This document shows positions 29,926 to 40,475 of a stretch of 64,000 bases of DNA, piece by piece. The stretch covers positions 22-64,021 of the forward strand of contig JBBPYL010000121.1 of NCBI GenBank assembly GCA_038199935.1, given 5' to 3'. The position numbers were made by a program, and so were the translations under genes. This DNA is from Propionibacteriales bacterium (GTDB taxonomy: Bacteria > Actinomycetota > Actinomycetes > Propionibacteriales > Nocardioidaceae). Under the pieces are notes generated by a model. It ran no database searches, was not told the DNA's origin, and worked only from the letters and a program-made list of their open reading frames with translations. Positions within the stretch are counted from its first letter, which is position 1, and every line of letters begins with the position of its first letter.

Positions 29926-32559
29926 TCAGCGGAGGGCACGGACGAGGCCGAGCACCTTCCGCGCCTGCTGCACCCGACGCTCCCAGGTCACCCCGAGGAC
30001 GATCAGCGTGACGCCGGCAGCGCCGATCAGCACCCACCGCGGTACGGCGTTCCCGACGTAGGGGCCGGCGAGATAGACCACGAGCACGGCGCCGACCGCA
30101 CCGCCCCACGCCATCGGGGCGCTCCACCGGGTGACCAGCCCCGCGACGACCAGGCTCAGGCAGGCCAGGCCGAGGAGCAGCGCCCTCAGGCCGGGCTCCT
30201 CGACGAGCGCCCAGAGCAGGCTCGGGACCAGGGCCAGGCCGAGGGCAGGGCTGAGTGTCCGTCGGGTGCCCGCGGCCGGGTGGCGGTGCAGGTGGAGCAC
30301 GGCGACGGCGGCAAGCACCGCAGCGGTCGGGAGGGTGTACGCCTCGGGGGCGCGGACACCCACGTCCCACAGCCGCACCCAGCTCGCGGCAGCCAGGAGC
30401 AGGCCCCCGACGGGAAGCAGCCGGTAGCGGTCGGTGCGGAGCAGGGCGAGTGCCGTGGTCGTCGCTCCGAGCAGAGTCAGGTAGAGCGCCGTCCACGACG
30501 CCGACTCCCCGGTGGGGGCGGTGAGCACCCCGGCCAGGCCCAGCGGGACGACCGCGACGAGCGCACCGACCTCCCAGCCGGCCCGAGCCAGCGCGGGCTC
30601 CGCGTGTGCCCAGCACCGGCCCGGGGCCCAGATCAGGGCGAGCAGGGCAGCGGCCATCCCCGCCAGCCCGAGGAGCACGCCCCATGAGGTCGACGCACCG
30701 GCGACGTGCGCCCAGGTCACGACGCTCAGACCCAGCGTCGCGGCGAGGACCGCGCCGGCCACCCCGGAGACTTCCGGCACCCGGGCGCGGACGTGCAGCA
30801 CGCCGGCCAGCAGGAAGGTCGCGGCGAGGCTCAGCGCGGTGAGCAGGTCGTCGTGGGTCGAGACCAGGGTGGCCCCGAGGGCGAAGACGCCGGTCCAGGC
30901 CGCCGTGGTCAACGAGGGGTCGCGGAGCCACCATGCGAGGAGGGCGACGGCGACCAGCGTGGCGCACGCGACCACCGACCAGACGGGGGGCCCGGTCAGG
31001 ACCACACTCAGCGTGCCCGCTCCGGCGAGCAGCGCGGCCGCAGTGACCAGCAACGTGGACCGACCGGGAAGCCTCGGCGTCGACCCCGGGGCGAGCGTGC
31101 GGCTCAGGCGGCCGACGGAGGCGAGGGTCCCCAGCAGGGCGAGCGTGAGGACCGGCAGCAGCCAGGCCGAGGGCGGGTCGGCGCCGGCGACGATGCGCAG
31201 CCGGTCGGTCAGGTCGCCGGACCATCCCGACGCGGAAGCGAGGAGGGCGTCGAGAGCGACGCCGGCCAGGGACAGGGTGAGGGCGGCGGCGACCAGCCCC
31301 GCGACCAGCTGGACCAGCAGGCCGAGGCCGCGCCAGACCCCGGGGAGTCTCCACGTGCCGGCGGCGACCAGGGCGAGCGTGCCGGACGCGACGAGGGCCC
31401 CGGTGGTCGCTCCCTCGTCCAGGACGGGCAGGGTGAGAGCTCCGGTCAGCACCAGGAGAGCGACCGCACCGGACGCCGCCCGCAGGCGTTCGTCGAGGTG
31501 GGTCAGGACGGCCGGAGCGGCGGCCAGCACGGCGGCGGCGAGCAGCGGCCAGATCTCTAGCCGTCCCCACAGCGCGGCGACGTCGAGCCGGTCGGTCCCG
31601 CGGTCGACGCCGACGGCGAGCAGACCGAGCCAGCTCGCGGCCACGACCACCACCGCGATCATCCGGGTCGCGGAGAGGCGGAGCCGGCGCGCGGCCACCA
31701 CGACCGCGGTAGAAAGGATGGTTCCCGCGACGAGGGCGGCGGCGAGATCCAGGTCCGGAAGCAGCGTCAGCCCGAGGACGAGCCCGGCCGTCCCCAACCC
31801 GGCCGCCACCTCGCCGGTGGTCAGGTGTCCCAGGGGGGTCCGCCGGCAGGCCAGGGACGCCGCGCCGCCCACCACGACGAGAAGAGCGCCGAGCAGGACC
31901 AGGAAGGTGCCCACGTCCGGGTCGCCGAGCCACCCGGCGTTCTGGGCCCCGACCACGTCGAGGCTGAGCAGCCCGAGGGCGACCAGGGACAGGGACTCGG
32001 CAGCAGCGCGCAGGTCGGCCCGCGCGAGCCAGGCGGCGACGAGCGCGGTCAGGCCGGTCAGGCCGGCCAGGACCGCGGTGCGTCCTGCGACCCCCAGGAC
32101 GGACCAGGTGACGACGAGGAAGACGACTGCGGCGACCAGGACGCACAGGGCGCCCAGCCCGAGCAGCAGGCGAGAGACCGACACGTCGGCGAGCCCGCGG
32201 CGTCGGGGGGTGTCGCCTGCCTCACCGGAATTGCCGACGTCGTGGGGACGCGGGTACGCGCCGGTCCCCGCGGCCGGTGCCACCGTGGCACCCGCCGGGG
32301 TGGAGTCGAGCTCGGCGGCGCCGGCGGGGCCGGTGCCGCCGAGCCCCAGGTCCCTCAGACCGCCGGCGGGAACGCGCAGCGCATGGCGCGACTCGGCCCG
32401 CAGCTGGTCCAGCAGGGTGTCCGCACTCTGCAGGGTGACGAAGAGGCGCTGGGCGAGCTCGCCCCGCAGCCCCAGTCCGCACGCGGGGCAGGAGGGCACC
32501 CCGGGCGTGATGGCCAGGCGGCACTCGGGGCAGCTCGTGGGATCGGCGAAGCGTTGCAT
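29926..32559 (-). CDS. Large polytopic membrane protein with N-terminal zinc ribbon (SCO7613/DUF2157-like)
   Basis: CPEC...CPAC; LLGLGALC--VAA-VFL; many TM segments; C-terminal PEAYTLP, PRW--IG--G, TWE-R. Confidence 0.8.
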   Translation of the reverse strand: MQRFADPTSCPECRLAITPGVPSCPACGLGLRGELAQRLFVTLQSADTLLDQLRAESRHALRVPAGGLRDLGLGGTGPAGAAELDSTPAGATVAPAAGTGAYPRPHDVGNSGEAGDTPRRRGLADVSVSRLLLGLGALCVLVAAVVFLVVTWSVLGVAGRTAVLAGLTGLTALVAAWLARADLRAAAESLSLVALGLLSLDVVGAQNAGWLGDPDVGTFLVLLGALLVVVGGAASLACRRTPLGHLTTGEVAAGLGTAGLVLGLTLLPDLDLAAALVAGTILSTAVVVAARRLRLSATRMIAVVVVAASWLGLLAVGVDRGTDRLDVAALWGRLEIWPLLAAAVLAAAPAVLTHLDERLRAASGAVALLVLTGALTLPVLDEGATTGALVASGTLALVAAGTWRLPGVWRGLGLLVQLVAGLVAAALTLSLAGVALDALLASASGWSGDLTDRLRIVAGADPPSAWLLPVLTLALLGTLASVGRLSRTLAPGSTPRLPGRSTLLVTAAALLAGAGTLSVVLTGPPVWSVVACATLVAVALLAWWLRDPSLTTAAWTGVFALGATLVSTHDDLLTALSLAATFLLAGVLHVRARVPEVSGVAGAVLAATLGLSVVTWAHVAGASTSWGVLLGLAGMAAALLALIWAPGRCWAHAEPALARAGWEVGALVAVVPLGLAGVLTAPTGESASWTALYLTLLGATTTALALLRTDRYRLLPVGGLLLAAASWVRLWDVGVRAPEAYTLPTAAVLAAVAVLHLHRHPAAGTRRTLSPALGLALVPSLLWALVEEPGLRALLLGLACLSLVVAGLVTRWSAPMAWGGAVGAVLVVYLAGPYVGNAVPRWVLIGAAGVTLIVLGVTWERRVQQARKVLGLVRALR

Positions 32560-32650
32560 GCCTCCATCAACCCACGAGCGGCCACCTGGCGTACACCGAT
32601 CGGCGACTCAGTCAGGGTGAGTACGCAGGCCTAGCCCCTCGTGCTCGCGC

Positions 32651-32676
32651 GCCCCCGAGCGCCCCGGCTCGGGGGC
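32651..32676. terminator. Hairpin downstream of the nitroreductase
   Basis: GCCCCCGAGC-GCCCCG-GCTCGGGGGC. Confidence 0.6.
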
Positions 32677-32677
32677 C

Positions 32678-33271
32678 TCACGCCTCGACGATGACCTCGT
32701 GCTGGTCGAGCCGGGGGAGACGGTCGAACCAGGCGTTCTCGCCCGGGTGCCCGATGTTGACCACCAGCAGCGATCGCCACGAGGTGTCGGCGAAGAACTC
32801 CTCGTCCAGGGCCGCGGCGTCGAAGCCGGCCATCGGTCCCGCGGCCAACCCGGCGGCGCGGACGCCCATCAGGAAGTAGCCGATCTGGAGCGTCGCGTTG
32901 AAACGAGCCACGTCCTCGCGGCCGGGGTCGGCCTCGAAGCTCTCCTGGGCCCCCGGGAACGGCGGGAACAGCCGGGGAAGGTGCTCGTGGAACCGGGTGT
33001 CCATGGCCAGCACCGCCACCAGGGGGGCGTTAGCGGTCTTGTCCCGGTTACCGTCGGCCATGTGCTTGAGCAGCCGATCGCGGGGCGGCTCCTCACGGAC
33101 CAGGAGCATGCGCAGGGGCTGCGCGTTGAGCGCCGTGGGCGCGTACTTGACCAGGTCGTAGATGGCGGCCACGGTCGTGTCGTCCACGGGCTCGTCGGTG
33201 AAGGTGTTCGCGGTGCGGGCCTGCCGGAACAGCAGGTCCTGGGCCTCAGGGGCCAGAGTCAGCGATGTCAT
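32678..33271 (-). CDS. Malonic semialdehyde reductase / RutE-like nitroreductase
   Basis: LFRQART-N-F, PT-LN-QP-R, GLAAGPM-GFD, VNIG, RLPRL. Confidence 0.88.
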   Translation of the reverse strand: MTSLTLAPEAQDLLFRQARTANTFTDEPVDDTTVAAIYDLVKYAPTALNAQPLRMLLVREEPPRDRLLKHMADGNRDKTANAPLVAVLAMDTRFHEHLPRLFPPFPGAQESFEADPGREDVARFNATLQIGYFLMGVRAAGLAAGPMAGFDAAALDEEFFADTSWRSLLVVNIGHPGENAWFDRLPRLDQHEVIVEA

Positions 33272-33473
33272 ACCCGGTGAACACAGTTGTAGCATCAACT
33301 ATTCCGGGAGGACTGCCCGAGGGGGCGAGGGGTACGACGGGCAGGTGCGACCAGGGTCCCGTGCTCTAGCCATGGGTACGGGTGCACGTACGCGACCCCC
33401 GGTCCTCACGGGCCGGGGGTCGACTGCGTTCGGCTCCCCCGGGGTCGCGGGCCTGCGGCGTCGCGGTGCCGGC

Positions 33474-33905
33474 TCAGCCCTCGGCCGCTGCGTCCCTGGG
33501 GTGGAGCAGGCCCCAGGCGGACACGGCGGCCAGCACGCCACCGCCGAAGGTGAGCACGAGGCCGGTTCCCGGAGCCCAGCCCTCCAGCCCGACCAGCCCG
33601 ACCAGGTGCACGACCTGCCACAGCGGCAAACCGACCGCGACGAGCGCGAGGATCCCGGCCTGGACCGCCGCCACCCGCAGGTACGGCAGGAGCGCCCCGG
33701 CGAGTCCGAGCATGGCCGCGTAGAAGGTCCACAGGCCGGCGCCGCGGGCCCCGGACACCGAGCCGACCGCGGTGTCGATCCAGGGCAGGAACGAGCCGAC
33801 CATCACCATGACCGTGGCGCCGAGCAGCGAGCCCTGGCCTCGGGGACGGCGTGGTCGTCGTCGCCGGGTCGTCGGGGAGGCGGTGCCGCGCTGAGTCATG
33901 GACAT
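33474..33905 (-). CDS. Hypothetical membrane protein
   Basis: About 4 hydrophobic segments; GSFLPW motif. Confidence 0.65.
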   Translation of the reverse strand: MSMTQRGTASPTTRRRRPRRPRGQGSLLGATVMVMVGSFLPWIDTAVGSVSGARGAGLWTFYAAMLGLAGALLPYLRVAAVQAGILALVAVGLPLWQVVHLVGLVGLEGWAPGTGLVLTFGGGVLAAVSAWGLLHPRDAAAEG

Positions 33906-34115
33906 GTCCGGGATCGTAGGCGGAGCGGACCGCGAGCCTAGGTCAGTCGACGCCTGCCGGCCACGACGAACGGCGGTCCGCGTGCGACCAGCGGTCGCCT
34001 GCCGCCGCCGCCGCGTCGCAGATCCTGCTGCTCCGCGCGGGGTCGCGACCGCAAGGGCCCGCGTCACGACGGGTCTCGCGCCGCTGGCCGCAGGTATCCC
34101 ACCGCCCGCCGACTG

Positions 34116-34133
34116 GTGTGACCGCAGTCACAC
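34116..34133. promoter_or_regulatory. Consensus CRP/GlxR-type site TGTGA-N6-TCACA
   Basis: GTGTGACCGCAGTCACAC, ~110 bp upstream of the DUF4212/SSS operon. Confidence 0.75.
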
Positions 34134-34245
34134 AGGCACCTTGACCGGCTGGGAACCCCCTGCTTGCCTCGGGACCGCCCCCCTGCGGTGGCCACGCCGC
34201 GCACAGGAGGGACGGGGACCCATTCGCGAGACGAAGGAGGGCTTG

Positions 34246-34520
<275 letters not shown>

Positions 34521-34524
<4 letters not shown>

Positions 34525-36212
34525 ACGAGATCCAGGTCTGGACGCTGGTCTTCACCGTCATCACGTTCTCGGTCTACATCTACATCGCCTACGCCAGCCG
34601 GGTGAGCTCGACCTCGGGGTTCTACGTCGCCGGAGGCGGCATCCCCGCTCCGGCCAACGGTGCGGCCATCGCCGCGGACTGGATGAGCGCCGCGTCGTTC
34701 ATCTCGCTGGCCGGCATCATCGCCTTCGCTGGCAACGGGTACGGCGGCTCGGTCTACCTGATGGGCTGGACCGGTGGCTACGTGCTGCTGGCCCTGCTGC
34801 TGGCGCCGTACCTGCGCAAGTTCGGCAAGTACACGATCCCCGACTTCGTCGGAGACCGGTACTCCGAGAGCGCGCGGATGGTCGCCGTCGTCGCGGCGGT
34901 GGTCGTCTCCTTCGTCTACGTCGCCGGCCAGATGGCCGGGGTGGGCCTGGTCTTCACCCGCTTCCTCGGGGTGAACACCACCACCGGCGTCGTCATCGGC
35001 ATGACCATCGTCTTCTTCTACGCCGTCCTCGGCGGGATGAAGGGCATCACCTGGACGCAGGTCTCGCAGTACTCCGTGCTCATCGTGGCCTACCTCATCC
35101 CTGCGGTGGCCATCTCGACGAAGGTCACCGGCATCCCGCTGCCCCAGATCGGGTTCGGGCAGATCCTGGCCGAGCTCAACGGGCTCCAGGCCGACCTCGG
35201 CTTCGCGGCGTACACCGAGGCCTTCACCGGCCTGAACATGCTCAACATGTTCCTGATCACCGCGGCGCTGATGTTCGGGACCGCAGGCCTGCCGCACGTG
35301 ATCGTGCGGTTCTACACCGCCAAGTCGGTGCGGGCGGCGCGCTTCTCGGCGCTCTGGGCGCTCTTCTTCATCGCGCTGCTCTACACCACGGCCCCCTCGG
35401 TGTCGGCCTTCAGCAAGATCAACGTGATCAAGGACCTCTCCGGCACCTCGATCAGCCAGACCCCGGACTGGTTCCAGACTTGGAGCAGCGTGGGTCTGGT
35501 CTCGGTCAACGACCTCAACGGCAACGGGATGATCGACTACGTCGCCTCGGAGACGGCGAACGAGCTGACCATCAACAACGACATCATCGTGCTCGCCGCC
35601 CCGGAGATCGCCGGCCTCCCCGCCCCGATCGTCGGGCTGGTCGCCGCCGGTGCCCTCGCGGCGGCGCTGTCCACCGCGTCGGGCCTGCTGCTGGTCATCT
35701 CCTCCTCGGTGGCCAACGACGTCTACTTCAAGAAGATCAACCCGGCCGCCACGGAGGCCAAGCAGCTGCTGGTGGGGCGGATCGCCATGGGCGGCGCGAT
35801 CCTCGTCGCCGGCTACCTCGGCATCAACCCCCCCGGCTTCGTGGCACAGGTGGTCGCCTTGGCCTTCGGGTTGGCCGCCGCGAGCTTCTTCCCGATCCTG
35901 GTGCTCGGCATCTTCTGGAAGAACTGCACGGCGGCCGGAGCGACGGCGGGCATGCTCGCCGGGCTCGGCACGACGATGGCCTACATGCTGTGGACCATCG
36001 ACATCTACGGCAACGGAGCCGGCTTCTTCGGCATCCTGGAGACCGGGTTCGGCACCATCGGCATGCTGATCAACTTCGCGGTGACCATCGCGGTCTCGCA
36101 GTTCACCACGAAGCCGTCGGCGGTCATGCAGGAGCTGGTCGAGGAGATCCGGTACCCGGGACGATCCGTCCTGGTGGCCAAGCACGCGGAGGGCGAGCTG
36201 CCGCCCGAGTAG
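34521..36212 (+). CDS. Sodium:solute symporter (ActP/VC_2705-like, probably monocarboxylate uptake)
   Basis: NGAAIAADWMSAASF, GGMKGITWTQ, GTAGLPHVIVRFYT, AAALSTASGLL; EF-hand-like loop DLNGNGMID. Confidence 0.92.
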
Positions 36213-36235
36213 GTCCCACGCGCGGATGCGCCGGG

Positions 36236-37000
36236 CTAAGAGCGGGTGTCGTGCTGCTCGCGAGCGAGCAGTGCGGCCCCGACGATCCCGGCGCGGTTGC
36301 CCAGGGCGCCGGCCACGATCGGCGTCCCGATGTCGATCAGGTGCAGGTAGTGCTTGGACTTCTTGCTGACCCCGCCGCCGACGACGAAGAGGTCGGGTAC
36401 GAGGAGGGCTTCCACGGTGCGGTAGTAGACGGTGAGCCGCTCGGCCCACTCCGCCCAGTCGAGGTCCTCGTCCTCCCGCGCGCTGTTCGCAGCCCGAGAC
36501 TCCGCGTCGTGACCGTCGATCTCGAGGTGTCCGAGCTCGCTGTTGGGCACCAGCACGCCTTCGTGGACCAAGGCGGTCCCAATTCCCGTCCCCAGGGTGG
36601 TCATCACCACCAGACCCGCCTGGCCCTTGGCCGCGCCGTAGCGTGCCTCGGCGAAACCGGCGGCGTCGGCGTCGTTGACCACGTGCACCGAGCGGCCCAG
36701 CGCGTCGCTGAACAGGCCGTCGGCGTCGGTGCCGATCCAGGACGGGTCGATGTTGGCGGCAGAGAGGACGGTGCCGCGGCGTACGACGCTCGGCACCGTG
36801 ATCCCGACCGGGGCGTCGTCGGGGATGTCCGCGCCGTCGGCGAGCTCGCGCGCCACATCGGCCACCGCCTCCGGGGTGGCCGGCTTCGGCGTCTCGATGC
36901 GGGTGCGGTCGGCGCTGAAGTCTCCCTCGTCGAGGTCCACCCGGGCACCCTTGATGCCGCTTCCGCCGAAGTCGATGCCGTAGCCGGTGTTCTGGGTCAT
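36236..37000 (-). CDS. ppgK: Polyphosphate glucokinase (ROK family)
   Basis: [48 protein letters not shown]. Confidence 0.9.
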   Translation of the reverse strand: MTQNTGYGIDFGGSGIKGARVDLDEGDFSADRTRIETPKPATPEAVADVARELADGADIPDDAPVGITVPSVVRRGTVLSAANIDPSWIGTDADGLFSDALGRSVHVVNDADAAGFAEARYGAAKGQAGLVVMTTLGTGIGTALVHEGVLVPNSELGHLEIDGHDAESRAANSAREDEDLDWAEWAERLTVYYRTVEALLVPDLFVVGGGVSKKSKHYLHLIDIGTPIVAGALGNRAGIVGAALLAREQHDTRS

Positions 37001-37032
37001 GACCGGCTCCTACCCGATATGACCGGCGTCAC

Positions 37033-37752
37033 TCACCGGTGACCCGGGACGAGCCCGCGGCGCAGAGCCTCCTGGGCCAGACGCAGCCGCTTCTGGTTCG
37101 GCGGGAGGTCAGTCAGCCCGAACCGGCCGAAGAGCAGGCGCAGGTGCGCCTTCACCGCGTCGACGCTCAGCACGAGCTCGCGGGCGATGTCGTCGTTGGA
37201 GGCGGGGCTGGTGAGCAGGGGGGAGTCGGCCATCGGACGGCACAGCGCGACCAGCACCGCCCGCTGGGCCGAGGTGACCTCCGCCGCGAGCCGGGCCCCC
37301 GACTCGTCGAGACGGGTCTCGTCCCCCGCGGGGGCGTCGTGCACCCGGTAGACCAGCACCGTCTCGCCCACCCGGAGCGCGTCGCCGTCGCGCAGCCGAT
37401 GACGCTGTCGGACCCGTTCCCCGTTGACGAATGTGCCGTTGAGGGAGAGCCCGTCGTCGACCACGGTCCACTCGGTGCCCACGGTGGCCAGCTCGGCGTG
37501 CACCCGGGAGGCCCGCGCGTCCCAGGGCAGGGCGATGTCCCCCTCCCGACCCAGGGTGAGCCGTGAGGGCCCCGGGGCCAGCGGGCGGAGCACCAGGTCG
37601 CCGACCTCGTCGCGCAGCACGATGAACGGGTGCTCGCCGCGCAGCGCGGCGAGGACGGCCCCACCCTCGCGCACGGTTAGCGGTGCGGCCAACCGCGTGG
37701 CGGGACTGGCCCGGGGGTTGCTGCTGGGCGGGTCGGGGGACGACTCAGACAT
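37033..37752 (-). CDS. FHA-domain protein with C-terminal LuxR-like HTH
   Basis: LGR, SRVHA, D-GLS-NGTFVNG, L-DGD (FHA); SNDDIARELVLSVDAVKAHL--LF (HTH). Confidence 0.88.
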   Translation of the reverse strand: MSESSPDPPSSNPRASPATRLAAPLTVREGGAVLAALRGEHPFIVLRDEVGDLVLRPLAPGPSRLTLGREGDIALPWDARASRVHAELATVGTEWTVVDDGLSLNGTFVNGERVRQRHRLRDGDALRVGETVLVYRVHDAPAGDETRLDESGARLAAEVTSAQRAVLVALCRPMADSPLLTSPASNDDIARELVLSVDAVKAHLRLLFGRFGLTDLPPNQKRLRLAQEALRRGLVPGHR

Positions 37753-39195
37753 CGCGGAGCAGCTCCTGCCAGGTCGCCGGGCCGACCACCCCGTCGGTGA
37801 CCAGGCCGTGCTCGCGCTGGAATCCCCGCATCGCGTCCTCCGTGTCCTCGCCGTAGCGTCCGTCGACGGCCAGGTCCTGGCCCTGCTTGCGCACCAGGAG
37901 CTGCGCGGCGCGGACCGAGGCACTCTGCTGCCCTCGGGAGAGCGTACTCACCAGCTCGGACCAGGTCTGGTCGTCGACCCTGCCGGTCACGTCGAGCCCG
38001 CGCAGCGTCTGGAGCCTCTCCACGGACTGCTGGGTGCTCAGCCCGAACCGGCCGTCGACCGCGAGGTCCACGCCACGGTCGGTGAGCAGCAGCTGGGCCG
38101 CCCGGACCGCCAGCCCGCGGTCGCCGCGAGTGAGGTCGGGCCACCGGCTCGTCGCGACGCGCGAGTTCGAGGGGCTGGGCCCCGACGAGCTGGGGCTGCG
38201 GGGGGAGTCTGCTCGTGGCGTCGCGGACGAGTCGGTGTCCGGCCGGGTCCCGAGCAGGAGGCCGACCAGGACGACCGCCCCCAGGCCGAGGAGGACCAGC
38301 AGCACCGCGGCCGTCCTCCGGCCGGTTCGGGGGCGCCCGGCGGTCTCCTCCAGCACGGTGCCGACCGGGACCTCGTTGGTCGCCTGCGTGGGGTCGGGCG
38401 CCGTCCAGGGTGCCGGGCGCGATGAGGTCACAGTTGGGTCGTCCCCCGTACGACGGTGAGGCGCGTTGCCGACCGGCGCGGCGTCGGTCAGGGCCTGGTG
38501 GGCTGCGCCCACGAAGGAGCCGCAGGACTCGAAACGGTCCGCCGGGTGGTGGGCCAGGGCGGCGGAGACCACGGCCAGGACGGCATCGAGACCACGCCGT
38601 GACCCCTCGGCGGAGTCGCTCCGCGACGCTTGTACGGAGCCTCCAGGCCCAGTCGACTCCGGGGGATCACCCCCACCCGGCGGTGCGCCGCTGAGCAGGA
38701 AGTGCAGCACCCCGGCCAGGGCGTACTGGTCGGCCGCCGGCCCGACGTTGCCGCCGCCTCGCTGCTCCGGGGCGGCGTAGGCCGGGGTGCCGACCCAGTG
38801 TCCGCTGACGGTCACCGACGCGTCGTCACCGGCTCCAGGGCCCGGCCGGTCTCGAGCGGCCCCTCCCGCGTGACGAGCGTGCGCAGGTCGTCCCCGTCGA
38901 CCAGGCGCATGACCAGGACCAGAAGTCCGTCGTGCTCGCCGGCGTCGTAGACCGGGACGACGTGCGGGTGCTCTAGGTTGGCCACCGCCTCGACCTCACG
39001 CTGGAAGCGCTGCTCGGTCCCCGGGACGGCGTCGTCGGTGGGCACCAGCTTCACCGCGACGTCGCGGCGCAACCGGAGCTGGCGCGCGCGGTAGACCGTG
39101 CCGCTCGCGCCTCGCCCCAGAGCCTCCCCGAGCAGGCAGCCCAGGATCTCGAGCCCGCTGAGCGGGTCGGGTGGAGCGCCGTCCCGAGACTCCAT
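37745..39195 (-). pseudogene. Hanks-type Ser/Thr kinase with TM and two peptidoglycan-binding domains; internal deletion and frameshift near 38835
   Basis: The N-lobe (LGRGASG-VY, VAVK, RE, HPHVV-VYD) ends at the TGA at 38812. The C-lobe (GTPAYAAPEQ, ADQYALA) continues in another frame. HRD-K--N and DFG are absent. Confidence 0.85.
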
Positions 39196-39278
39196 GCCGG
39201 TCACGATAAACGACCGGTGGCCGGTCCCGGCCCCCCCGGGCCGTCCCCCCGCCTCGACCGCGTCGGCGGCCGCGCCGA

Positions 39279-40475
39279 TCAGTCCGCGTGCCCCAGGTAG
39301 CGCCGGGCCAGCTTGGTCACCGCGTGGTAGACACCGTCCTCGGCCGGGGCGAGCGGTCCCGGCACGAAGCCCGGCGAGTGGATGCCGCGCTGCACCGACT
39401 CGCACGCGGACCAGTCCTGACGGTTGGTCAGGTCCCAGAAGTCCACGGCGTACGCCGGGTCGAAATCGGGGCGCGCCACCACCGAGGCGGGGAAGGACCA
39501 GGAACACTCGATGCGGGTCACCTCGGCCGAGACCGGGAAGAGGACATGGGTCATCACGTAGTCCGGGTGCAGGCTGATCAGCAGGTTGGGCAGGAGGACG
39601 ACGTACATGACGCTGCGCTGCTCGGCCTCCCCGAGCGTCGCGATCACGTCGCCGTGACTGACCCCGTCCAACGACATGGTCTCGACGCCCTCGCGCAGGT
39701 CCAGGCTGCCACCGATCCAGTCGCCCTCGGTGCCCACGTTCGCACCGCTGGTCGGTGGCGAGACCCGGCACAGCTCGGGATGGATCGAGGGACAGTGGTA
39801 GCACTCCTGGTAGTTCTCGATGACGAGCTTCCAGTTGGCGGCGACGTCGTAGGAGTGCGTGGTGACGCGGACGAGATCGTCGGACGCGTAGGGCGCCACC
39901 ACCCGGTCCAGGTCGCCGACGTGGGAGGCGAAGGGCGGCGCCGTCCCGGACGGGTCCACGAAGACCCAGCCGCGCCATTGCGTCACCGACAGCGGCGTCA
40001 GCCCGAAGGCGCTCGGGTCGAAGGAGCCGTCCCTGGGGTAGCCCGGCGCGTGCCGCAGATCGCCGGCGTGCGAGTAGGTCCAGGCGTGGTACGGGCAGGC
40101 GATGTGCCGGGTCGCCGACGTCCCCCCGCAGGGCAGCAGCTCGTGACCCCGGTGCCGACAGGCGTTCTCGAAGGCCCGGAGCTGGCCCTGGTCGTCCACG
40201 GTGAGCAGCACCGACGCGTCGCCGGCCGCGACGGCGGACGCCGAGCGTGGCCCCTGGAGCCGGTCGGACCGTCCCACGCAGACCCAGCCGGAGAACAGCT
40301 GCCGCCGCTCCCAGGCCAGCACGTCGGGATCCAGGTAGGCCGCGCGGGGCAGCATCCGGCTCTCCCCGAACGGGGCGAGGCTCAGCCGGACCTCGTCGAG
40401 GTCCAGCGGGGCCGCCGGGTGGTCCGTCCCGACCGGAAGGCCGGCGGCGGCGAGGTGCTCGGTGTCCAGGTCCAT
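39279..40475 (-). CDS. Rieske non-heme iron oxygenase alpha subunit (choline monooxygenase/GbcA-like)
   Basis: CRHRG...CPYH Rieske ligands; NWK--ENYQECYHC--IH; D---CESVQ-G. Confidence 0.92.
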   Translation of the reverse strand: MDLDTEHLAAAGLPVGTDHPAAPLDLDEVRLSLAPFGESRMLPRAAYLDPDVLAWERRQLFSGWVCVGRSDRLQGPRSASAVAAGDASVLLTVDDQGQLRAFENACRHRGHELLPCGGTSATRHIACPYHAWTYSHAGDLRHAPGYPRDGSFDPSAFGLTPLSVTQWRGWVFVDPSGTAPPFASHVGDLDRVVAPYASDDLVRVTTHSYDVAANWKLVIENYQECYHCPSIHPELCRVSPPTSGANVGTEGDWIGGSLDLREGVETMSLDGVSHGDVIATLGEAEQRSVMYVVLLPNLLISLHPDYVMTHVLFPVSAEVTRIECSWSFPASVVARPDFDPAYAVDFWDLTNRQDWSACESVQRGIHSPGFVPGPLAPAEDGVYHAVTKLARRYLGHAD

